Assembly: GCA_963669175.1 (NCBI GenBank)
Contig: OY769902.1
Span: 3,744,001 to 3,808,000 of the forward strand
Direction of reading: 5' to 3'
DNA length: 64,000 bases
Origin: a bacterium
GTDB lineage: Bacteria; Electryoneota; Electryoneia; Electryoneales; Electryoneaceae
In this document: positions 1 to 8,400 of the stretch, piece after piece
How the letters are laid out: every line of letters starts with the position of its first letter
Position numbering within the stretch: position 1 is the stretch's first letter
Made by a program: the position numbers and the translations under genes
The notes under the pieces: generated by a model
What the model was told of the DNA's origin: nothing
Databases searched by the model: none
The model's input: the letters and a program-made list of their open reading frames with translations, nothing else

Positions 1-248
1 ACCAGCAGGGTATGACCGGCAATCAGTACGAAGCTTAGCAGTTCCACGAAGACGAGCAGCATCCGACCGAGTATTTCAGCGTCTTTAGTGTAGGCCAACA
101 AGCTCATCATGCTGAAAAAGGCCCAGATCATCGAGCAGATAAGTGCCATCAAGGGAAAGGTAATCACGTAAACGCCCGGGCTGAGCAAAATGAGAAGCAG
201 CCAGCGTTTCTTGTCCGGCAGATTTGAAAACGAAATCTGTTTCACCAT
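1..248 (-). CDS. membrane protein, 3'-partial; paralog of 292..774
   Basis: Hand translation from ATG at 248 gives MVKQISFSNLPDKKRWLLLILL...EILG...AGHTLL, open to the window edge and colinear with the neighbouring ORF. Confidence 0.7.
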   Translation of the reverse strand, partial: MVKQISFSNLPDKKRWLLLILLSPGVYVITFPLMALICSMIWAFFSMMSLLAYTKDAEILGRMLLVFVELLSFVLIAGHTLL

Positions 249-291
249 TTACAGCACCAAATCTTGATGTTTTGGCTATTTACATGAAGGG

Positions 292-774
292 TCATCCTCT
301 ACGCTCATTTTTCCGTTTTTCTGCACGTTTCGGCAACCACACGGCAGCCACAGCGCCTGCGACAACACCGATAAGCAAATAGTACTTGGCCGGACTGAAT
401 CCGAACGCACCGAGGAAGACAGGTTCGACATAGGGACGGGTCAGGATCGGAAAAGCGATCAGAAACAAAGCGGAGAACAGGGAAAACAGGACGCAGAACA
501 GAAGTTTATGACGTGGCGCCAGCATGAGGGTATAGTAAAGCAGCAGCAGCGTCTGACCGGCAACCATCCCGATGACGAGTATCATCATGGCGATTAGCGC
601 AAAAACACCCAGGATCTCCACATTAAAATTATACGTCAACAGGGAGAACATGATGCTTGCCGCCATCAACGCATCGCTGACAACAATCATTGCGAGGAAG
701 GTAATCGCAAACGATCCAACGAAAAACGGGACCAGGAGCAGCCAGCGTACATTATCAGACAACCTGTTGAACAA
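292..774 (-). CDS. hypothetical multi-pass membrane protein
   Basis: 160 aa, about four hydrophobic segments, basic tail, G-rich SD upstream. Confidence 0.75.
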   Translation of the reverse strand: MFNRLSDNVRWLLLVPFFVGSFAITFLAMIVVSDALMAASIMFSLLTYNFNVEILGVFALIAMMILVIGMVAGQTLLLLYYTLMLAPRHKLLFCVLFSLFSALFLIAFPILTRPYVEPVFLGAFGFSPAKYYLLIGVVAGAVAAVWLPKRAEKRKNERRG

Positions 775-967
775 GTGTGATCCCCCCCCTGTTATTCTCG
801 TTTTCGGTCTGTTAATATACGCAAGGAAGCGTATCTGACGATATGAGGTCCGTTCCGGTTTCGTAACATTCTTCCCCTACTATATTGCTCGACAATATTA
901 CCGGGCCTATCTTAGCAGACCTATCTTTTACACGGCAAACCTGTCAACAAACTGGGGGTGGACAGTA

Positions 968-1605
968 TGCGTACCGGGCAACGCCTTTGCATGGCCTTTC
1001 TCTGCCTGTTTCTCGTTTCTCTTTCCGCAGTAGCACAAACTGATGCAAAGAAGGAGTACTACGAAGGACGGCTGATCGAACGTGTGGACGATCTTGAAGC
1101 CAAGCTGAACCGTTTCAGCGAAGCAATGGGCAGCAGTGACATCAAGATGATGAATGAGAAGCGTCTGGACCTGTTCGTCGCCTATGCGTTTGTGTATGAA
1201 CATGCCAGCTACTTCGAGATGTTCAATACGCCCGAAGCGCTAATCCCGACTCTGGCGGAACGTGTGCCGCCATTAATGGAAAAAGCGGATGAAGTGATGC
1301 CGACCTGGATCCTGGGCCTGCCCAAGGAACTGTCCACCTTTACGTTCTTCCTGGCAGAGGCTGAAAAGCTCGAGGCGCCTGCCGAGAAGGCTATTGAAGG
1401 CTACCGGGACGGGACGACAGATCATGCGGGCCTGTTCGCCGCGCAGTATCGTTTCCTGGGCAACACCATCGTGATGAACCTGCTGTGGCGTTCCGGTGAA
1501 CAGTTCGGCATCACCAGCAGCAACAGTAGCCAGTATGAGTCCCGCGTGAATGCCGTAAACAAGAAAATGGAAGAACTGGACGCGGAGATGGATACGCTGG
1601 AATAG
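968..1605 (+). CDS. secreted hypothetical protein
   Basis: Signal peptide MRTGQRLCMAFLCLFLVSLSAVAQ. Start placed at ATG 968. Confidence 0.75.
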
Positions 1606-1624
1606 CGGTAGTCCCTGCGGCAGT

Positions 1625-1800
1625 TTTACTCCGAAGGAGTTCGATACGTGAGCCCCGGGTTGGTATCGTCAGTGTGATGCCTGCCCGGGGTTCATCTATC
1701 CAGGCCCCTCGGGATAGGTTCCGTCTTCAATGTGATAATAATAATCGCATGTGATAATAGTAACCGCTGAATACGAGGCACCTCGAAGAGGTGAAACTTG
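1625..1800. repeat. REP-like palindromic intergenic sequence
   Basis: Short hairpins ACTCCGAAGGAGT and CACCTCGAAGAGGTG, CCCCGGG/CCCGGGG motifs, and a duplicated ATGTGATAAT(A/G)-type unit at about 1730-1767. Confidence 0.45.
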
Positions 1801-1817
1801 AATAGCACCGTAAATTC

Positions 1818-2507
1818 CTAATTCCTAATTGCCTTTTCCGCTCTATCCCGAATTCCACGCATCATTTTCTGTTCCATAATGAAGTGTCCGAATTCGGAAA
1901 ACGCGTAGTCCAGGATTTTCATGAACCAGGATTGTGGCAGCGAGATCATGGACCTGACAATCAGTCTGCATTCCTCAGCTTGATCTCCCCCATCTCCGAC
2001 TGGTTCCAGGTGCATCTGCCAGATGAAATCGTTGAGGCCCATCAGGGGCTGGCGTCCTCCAGTGGCTTTCAGGGTGGCGCTACTATCGTGGGTCAGCACG
2101 AAGGTCCGTCCCTCCACCATCCGCGACAGACGGATCACCGGGATACCGTTCGCAGCAAACTTCACCTGATCGCCTTCCTGGATAGCATCCCAGTCCGGGA
2201 TCAGTTCGTTTATCGTCTTCCCCCTGTATCCGAACAGGTTCTCCAGCCAGGTGTAGGAATAGAACCCGCCGCGACCGTGCCCAATCTGCTTGATCCACGG
2301 CCAGGTTTGGGACGGTGAGGCTTTGATAGTCAGCGCACGTGTGCTGGTCGAGATCTTCCCGGAAGCAAGATCATCCCCGGGCAACGGCATGGCCACTTCT
2401 GCATCCGTAGCTCCCCATCGCATGAACCAGCGTCGGAACCGCCATGCGATGATTCCGGCAAGCAAGGTACAACCGGAAATAAAGAGCCATGTGGTGCGTT
2501 TCGTAAT
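1818..2507 (-). CDS. SRPBCC-like hypothetical protein with N-terminal membrane anchor
   Basis: Motifs RWGAT.AE...LPGD, WPW..Q.G.GRGGFYSY.WLEN and FIMEQKM..GI. The start is uncertain (ATT at 2507 behind AGGAGG, or TTG at 2465). Confidence 0.75.
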   Translation of the reverse strand: MTKRTTWLFISGCTLLAGIIAWRFRRWFMRWGATDAEVAMPLPGDDLASGKISTSTRALTIKASPSQTWPWIKQIGHGRGGFYSYTWLENLFGYRGKTINELIPDWDAIQEGDQVKFAANGIPVIRLSRMVEGRTFVLTHDSSATLKATGGRQPLMGLNDFIWQMHLEPVGDGGDQAEECRLIVRSMISLPQSWFMKILDYAFSEFGHFIMEQKMMRGIRDRAEKAIRN

Positions 2508-2603
2508 CCTGTCCTCCTATAAAGCTACTTGCACAGATAGCACTGCTACCATCGAAACATCGTGTTGAATGATGTATCGCGCTGAGTACTATTCCAGTTA
2601 TGT

Positions 2604-2780
2604 TTCACATTCATCAGTCTTCTTCACATTCATTTAGCTTGCTTCACATTCATTTAGCTTGCATCATATTCATTCAGCCTGCTTCACATTCATTCAGCCT
2701 GCTTCATATTTATTCAGCCTTCTTCACATTCATCAGCTTGCTTCACATTCATCAGCTTGCTTCACATTCATTTAGCCTTC
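2604..2780. repeat. tandem repeat, nine units of 19-20 bp
   Basis: Consensus TTCACATTCAT(T)YAGCYTGC with contiguous units and no spacers. Confidence 0.9.
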
Positions 2781-2788
2781 TTCAGCAG

Positions 2789-3385
2789 GCTCTTCTTAGC
2801 ACCCGGCTTTAGCCCTGTCTCTTACCCACATCTTCTGAAAGCTGTATCAGTAAAAGAGTTGTGGACATAGCATTTTTAGAATCCCGGCGGGATTCCCTAT
2901 TTTAGCATAGTGTACAGGCCGTCTGTTTGGCCTGTACACTATGTCAGGTATTCTAACGAATAATCAACCCTGGAAGGGTTGCATAATACGCGATTCATAT
3001 TAGTACGTTCAATAAATACAGGAAATAACGCATTTTATATTCTATACAAACCAATTGGGTGTAAATTATACGTTATGCAACCCTTCCAGGGTTGAGATAA
3101 GGTTTGATCTTTTTCGTAGGGTAGACGCTAAACAGACAGCGTCAACCCTACGCTAAAATATACCACCCCCTCTGGGGTGGCAGAAACACGAAGATGTGAG
3201 CAAGAGACAGGGCTTTAGCCGGGGTGAGAAGAACCTACTTCATAGCAGAGCGCGCTTTAGCGTGCTTTCATGAAACAAGTTATTGCGCCGGAAAGCACCC
3301 TGAAGGGCGCTCACCATGTTGCTTCCATCCAATACACCCCGGCTGAAGCCGGGTGCTAAAAAGAGCAGGCTAAAGCCTGCTAAGA
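2789..3385. repeat. nested REP/REPIN-like composite palindromic element
   Basis: Outer 26-bp inverted repeat (24/26) GCTCTTCTTAGCACCCGGCTTTAGCC, plus inner inverted arms and several hairpins. Confidence 0.75.
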
Positions 3386-3640
3386 TCAACCTGGAAGTAT
3401 TGGTTATACAACACTTATACTGTTTCTTGAAAGTATTGTTGTGTGCGAGAAGCAACCATACAAAGCTGTAAATGCGGCTTCAACACATCCATTTCGCAGA
3501 TATGCGACATTACTTTCGAGCATTACTATAATCAAGAGCATTGCAATAGCTGGCATCTCAACCTGAATAGTATAGTGAACAGGCTGACACGAGATATCAT
3601 TCCTAATTTCTAATTCCCAATTCCATATTCCGAATGGTTG

Positions 3641-4717
3641 TCATTTCACCAGGATCAACTGTTGTATCGCACTGATCTCCCCAGCCTGGAGCCGCAGGAA
3701 ATACATCCCCGTCGCGAGATTAGCGCCGTCAAACTGAACCCGGTGAAGTCCGGCTGACTGAGAAGCGTTTGCCAGCACGGCAACCTGACGTCCCAGCGCA
3801 TCGAACACCACTACATTCACCCTGCCTGCCTGTTCAAGGGTATAAGCGACCGTTGTTGTCGGGTTGAACGGGTTCGGGTATGCGGACAAGTCGAATTCTA
3901 CGGGCATTGTATTGCCAGTACGTACCGCCTGTTCCGGACGATAGATGCGAATGGCGAAGCTGTCGTTATCGATGAAAGGATTCCGGTTGCCCTGGATGGC
4001 GTAAACCGCTTCGTTTCGTTCGATTTCCTTTTCGCTGACCGGATCGGCGGCATGCCATTCCAGCAACATTTCTTCGGCCCAATCCTCCAGTACCGCACCG
4101 TCGCACATGTCGCTGCCCGGCCAGGCGCCGTCTTCGCCGTAATAACGAACCGTCATGTAGAGGTAGGCGCGGGCAAAATCACCCTTGTATTCATCGATGG
4201 GCTCGAATACGGTCCCGGAATAGCCAGTGTAAACGCATGGCCCGATCTTACAACCATTCTCCGAAGTCCAGGTCGGGTTGGACACTTCGCCATAAGGATA
4301 ATTGCCACGCCGGTTATTTACATAAATATCGGACGGATAAATCATGTTGATATCGGTGTTCATGGGAAGAATTTCACCGCCGAACCAGCTACGTGGCCAG
4401 GAATGCTCACGATTGTAGCCTTCTCCTTCCCCGCCTGCCGATCCTCCCTGGTCATCACCGGGGGTGTATTCGTAGGGTGGTGTACCGCCGGGAATGTCCG
4501 AATACATATCCCAGATCATCCCGTTAGATTTGACATCTGTGGTAAAGAACGCGCCCCAGATGTCGCTGTAACTGATGACAGTATGGTTATCGATTATATC
4601 ATGCAACTCAGCACGTAATTCTTCGCCCAGCAAACCGTCCGCAGCATCGTAATAGCCGTCGGGCTGTGCCATCCCACATGATGCAATCAGGAGAACAGCC
4701 ACACTTGAATACAACAT
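3641..4717 (-). CDS. secreted endonuclease I family nuclease with T9SS-type C-terminal domain
   Basis: NREHSWPRSW, KGDFARAYLYM..RY and QGNRNPFID motifs; C-terminal YPNPFNP...GMYF. Start placed at MLYSSV. Confidence 0.9.
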   Translation of the reverse strand: MLYSSVAVLLIASCGMAQPDGYYDAADGLLGEELRAELHDIIDNHTVISYSDIWGAFFTTDVKSNGMIWDMYSDIPGGTPPYEYTPGDDQGGSAGGEGEGYNREHSWPRSWFGGEILPMNTDINMIYPSDIYVNNRRGNYPYGEVSNPTWTSENGCKIGPCVYTGYSGTVFEPIDEYKGDFARAYLYMTVRYYGEDGAWPGSDMCDGAVLEDWAEEMLLEWHAADPVSEKEIERNEAVYAIQGNRNPFIDNDSFAIRIYRPEQAVRTGNTMPVEFDLSAYPNPFNPTTTVAYTLEQAGRVNVVVFDALGRQVAVLANASQSAGLHRVQFDGANLATGMYFLRLQAGEISAIQQLILVK

Positions 4718-4930
4718 CGTATCTAAAAAACGCACAAGAACCTCACTTTTGAACCGTATTGAGAAATCGTATGGGAAGGTAGTCAAGATGGTTTGATGCA
4801 GCAAGGGCAGATTATCCTCCGAAATCGACATTACTTCTTATTCTGCAACTAGATACTCCGCTCACGAGATGTTTTATTACGTTCCAACCGCGCCTATATT
4901 GACTCATCCATGAAGTATTGAGGGGTGAAC

Positions 4931-5620
4931 ATGAAACAATATTTAAGCTTGGGACTATGGACGGGATGCCTGCTGATTGTTACTGTTGCTACGTTTGCTG
5001 AAGAGAAGATCACTGCTGAAATGCTGGAGAAGCTCATCGCGAACTTCGAGATAACCGCGGAAGAATTTCAAACCTCTGTTGCCGATTACGAACAGGGGCT
5101 GGCAACTGTAAATGAGATGTTCGACAAGTATAAAGCTTTCATGGATGGCCTTGATCAGATCAACGCCAGTCTGCTCCCCTATGCAAATGGCGATGTAATT
5201 ATTGACCAGACGACTGATTCTCTATACATGGTTCGTATTGAGCAAATCAGCGAAAGCGCTACCGAAGCCTTGGATAATATGGAAGCCTTGACTTCGCCCG
5301 GTTATGAAAATTTCCTGCGGGTGATGAACTATACGATGGAAGGCGCGGGCCGTCTGGACCCCATGCTCGATTCCGTGATGGCCGGGCAACTATCGCTTCA
5401 GGAATTAACTCGGAAAATGGATTTGACATCAGACCAGGCCCGAATTACAGCTCACGGGTTAAAATCTCCTGTGGAATGGGGCATTCCTGGTGATAGCCTT
5501 TCCGTTTACGGCGAGAGACTGATCGTGACCAGTCACCAGATGCAGACTTTCCACGAACGCTACACCAGGTATATCGAAGAGCAGGATACACCTGAGGACA
5601 ACAGGCAAAAAGACCAGTAA
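4931..5620 (+). CDS. secreted hypothetical protein
   Basis: Signal peptide ending ATFA, acidic helical body, GAGGGG SD. Confidence 0.7.
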   Translation: MKQYLSLGLWTGCLLIVTVATFAEEKITAEMLEKLIANFEITAEEFQTSVADYEQGLATVNEMFDKYKAFMDGLDQINASLLPYANGDVIIDQTTDSLYMVRIEQISESATEALDNMEALTSPGYENFLRVMNYTMEGAGRLDPMLDSVMAGQLSLQELTRKMDLTSDQARITAHGLKSPVEWGIPGDSLSVYGERLIVTSHQMQTFHERYTRYIEEQDTPEDNRQKDQ

Positions 5621-5658
5621 CAACAGTCATACAGCTTGACCTTGAGCACGGAGCCAAG

Positions 5659-6228
5659 ATGCGCACGCTTACTTTGATGATCAGTATTCTTCTTCTGTTT
5701 GCTTTTACGATTCCTGCATCCGGGGAAAACTTTGGAGCGCCCGTCTGTGAAACTCCTGAAGCGCTGGCGCAGTCCTGCATCAATTCTCTGCAAACCGGAG
5801 ATTTTGTAGCTTTCGCAACATTGCTGCACCCGGAAGAGATCGAGTTATTCACCGATATCATTGACATTGCATCCAGCATGGACAGCACCGGCTCAGTGAC
5901 CATGATGCTGTTTCATGTCGATTCGCCTGATGATTTTGCCACCATGGACAAAGAAGAGCTGATCGGCAACTTCCTGCGTGTCATGATGGATCAACAGCAG
6001 GGTATCCTCGAATCTTTCAGGACGGCCACATTCACCCTGCTCGGCAGCGTTCCGGAAAAAGATATGGTTCATGTCCTCTACCGAATGTCCTTTGTCATCC
6101 AGGGAATACCATTTGAAACAGTAGATATTATTACTGCCCGTCAGTACGAAAACACCTGGCGCATGGAACTGGATGCGGAAATCAAGGGGGCGTTGGAAGT
6201 ACTCAAGACAAAGCTGTCCAATAATTAG
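5659..6228 (+). CDS. secreted hypothetical protein
   Basis: Signal peptide, GGAG SD, 189 aa. Confidence 0.75.
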   Translation: MRTLTLMISILLLFAFTIPASGENFGAPVCETPEALAQSCINSLQTGDFVAFATLLHPEEIELFTDIIDIASSMDSTGSVTMMLFHVDSPDDFATMDKEELIGNFLRVMMDQQQGILESFRTATFTLLGSVPEKDMVHVLYRMSFVIQGIPFETVDIITARQYENTWRMELDAEIKGALEVLKTKLSNN

Positions 6229-6400
6229 TCTATTGATTTCTGTTCTATTGAATACTGTTATGACTAGCCTTGTTCCGTATCGGTAAAACTCGTACAATTA
6301 CTGATACTGCTGCACATATCCCGTTGACTGCCTGCCAGTACGCCTGATCAGGGATTGGATGGAACGCCCTCATTTTTTGCTCTCTACCGGGAGAACTGTT

Positions 6401-7423
6401 ATGGATACGCTGAAGCCATCGTTTCGGTTTACTGGTTACATGATCTCGCTAATCATATTCTGGACAATTGTTGTTGGCGCCTCCCTGGTTTGGAACCTAT
6501 ATACCCAATATCGTGAGAGTGAGGAAGCTGCGCGTGTTGAAGCACGAACGTCGATCCGAAAGGACATTCTTTACCGTTACTGGAATGCTAATCACGGTGG
6601 CGTTTACGCCCCTGTAACTGACTGCTCCCCCCCCAATCCCTACCTGAGTTTTATTGAAGATCGTGATATCGTTTCCGAATCAGGGAATCAATATACCATG
6701 ATCAACCCGGCCTATATGACTCGCCAGGTCTTCGAGCTTGGACATGAGAAATTCGGGATTCATGGTCACATAACCAGCTTGAATCCTCTTCGACTGGAGA
6801 ACAAAGCTGATTCATGGGAAACGAAAGCGCTTGAAGCGTTTGAAAGTGGCGCCCCGGAGTATAGTGAAACGATTGATATCGAGGGAATTCCTTATATGCG
6901 TTTGATGATTCCCCTTGAAACCCAGGATCAATGTCTAGGGTGTCATGCATCTCAAGGGTATCAACTGGGCGACATTCGTGGCGGTATCAGCGTTGCTATT
7001 CCGTTGCTCCCCCTGCGAAGAGTGGCAAGAGAACACATCCAGGCGATGGCAATAGGTCATTCCCTGGTATGGCTTGTAGGAATGGTTGGATTGGGATTGG
7101 GCGGAAGAAACCTGCGAAAGAGGTTTGATGAACAGGAACGTGCGGATCGAGAAGCCCAGCGTTCCCAGACAATCACCATGCTGGCAGGCACAATCGCTCA
7201 CGAGTTCAACAATCCCCTGGCCATCATCAAGGGATCTTCGGACCTGCTGACGATGAGTGAAAAACGCACCAATGAATGCGACGCGGCGCTCAAGAAAATC
7301 AGTCGACAGGTGATACGAATGAGTGAGCTGGTTGATAAACTCGGCAAGCTTCACACGTTGAAGGAGATTGATTACGCCCAGGGAGTTAAAATCCTTGATT
7401 TAAATGGCGATGCGAAGTCATAG
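6401..7423 (+). CDS. heme-c (DUF3365-like) sensor with HisKA domain and no HATPase domain
   Basis: TM, periplasmic domain (NPAYMTR, SLNPL, CLGCH, GDIRGGIS), TM, then AHEFNNPL H-box. The protein ends shortly afterwards. Confidence 0.85.
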   Translation: MDTLKPSFRFTGYMISLIIFWTIVVGASLVWNLYTQYRESEEAARVEARTSIRKDILYRYWNANHGGVYAPVTDCSPPNPYLSFIEDRDIVSESGNQYTMINPAYMTRQVFELGHEKFGIHGHITSLNPLRLENKADSWETKALEAFESGAPEYSETIDIEGIPYMRLMIPLETQDQCLGCHASQGYQLGDIRGGISVAIPLLPLRRVAREHIQAMAIGHSLVWLVGMVGLGLGGRNLRKRFDEQERADREAQRSQTITMLAGTIAHEFNNPLAIIKGSSDLLTMSEKRTNECDAALKKISRQVIRMSELVDKLGKLHTLKEIDYAQGVKILDLNGDAKS

Positions 7424-7470
7424 CGGCCCCTGTTATTTAGCTATGGAACAAACTTCAGCCGGTTGTTTTG

Positions 7471-7500
7471 AAAACCTCCCACGCCATCGTGGGAGGTTTT
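7471..7500. terminator. bidirectional intrinsic terminator
   Basis: AAAACCTCCCACG-CCAT-CGTGGGAGGTTTT. Confidence 0.85.
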
Positions 7501-7569
7501 CTTTTGAAGAACACACTGAACCTACTTACGTTTCGGCAAATATTCCGGTAGGTTCCTTTTGTGACTACG

Positions 7570-8400
7570 TCAGTGTTTTCCCGTTTCTGAGACTTCAGTC
7601 TCTTGTTTTTGTTTACTTTCCAGTTCTGGATGATGATGACGCACGATTTTTTGGTATTGGACCACTGTGGCGCGGCCCAGTGACAACGTCCGCATAATCT
7701 CGATTTGTGTCAACCCCTTCTCCATTAATGTCTTGATGTTTTTGTAAGTTCGTAAATAGCGACCCACCGCTTCAAGACTATGTTCCGTCTGCTTTGAGAT
7801 CGCAGGTTCATCCAGGCCCTGTTCATATAACGCAATAATAATTGCCTTGTGTGTCGGTCGACTGCCCTGGTCCAGCATGATCCCTTTTGTAGGCAGGATG
7901 TCATCATGTGTCGCATGGTAGCGTTGCAGGTATTTACCTACCGTGCTTAAGCTGCGATTCATCAGCGTACTCAGCTCTGCATGGCTCAACAGACCGCCCT
8001 GTTCGTACGCGCTTTTCACTAACCGAGCCATTACCTCCACATCACGGTCAACCTGCTTCAGCACATTTTTCTTGCCGTAGTGTCGTTGCACACGTACTTC
8101 GATGTCCTCTTCCGTCACCAGCGGCAGAAAGACGGTCTTCACCGGCACATCCTCCACACGGGTGCCGTAGCTCGGCTTCCCGCAACGGGCATCCGTGGTC
8201 CGCCAGACAACCGTACCCGGAGCACGTTGGGCGATGTCGGGATAGAACTCACGATGCAGCTCCAGGATGTCGTTCGCAAGCATCCCCAACACCTTCCGGC
8301 TGCCCAGGATCTTGTACTCTGTCTCCAGAAGACGGATGATCGCAGCCCGAAACTCCCGTTTCTGCAACGATTCGTAGTGGTTACGATATTCAGGTCGCAT
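7570..8400 (-). CDS. DUF1670-like HTH protein (second gene)
   Basis: AYEQGGLLS..EL..L, PTKG..LDQG...THK and HS.EAV.RY motifs. ATG at 8400 follows GGAGGAGG. Confidence 0.8.
   Translation of the reverse strand: MRPEYRNHYESLQKREFRAAIIRLLETEYKILGSRKVLGMLANDILELHREFYPDIAQRAPGTVVWRTTDARCGKPSYGTRVEDVPVKTVFLPLVTEEDIEVRVQRHYGKKNVLKQVDRDVEVMARLVKSAYEQGGLLSHAELSTLMNRSLSTVGKYLQRYHATHDDILPTKGIMLDQGSRPTHKAIIIALYEQGLDEPAISKQTEHSLEAVGRYLRTYKNIKTLMEKGLTQIEIMRTLSLGRATVVQYQKIVRHHHPELESKQKQETEVSETGKH

Noticed and set aside
2604-2780. CRISPR array
   Set aside because: Units are contiguous with no unique spacers, and there are no cas genes in the window.
6401-7423. Sensor kinase truncated by the neighbouring element
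   Set aside because: Its stop and terminator lie outside the element, and no HATPase fragment is found across the insertion.
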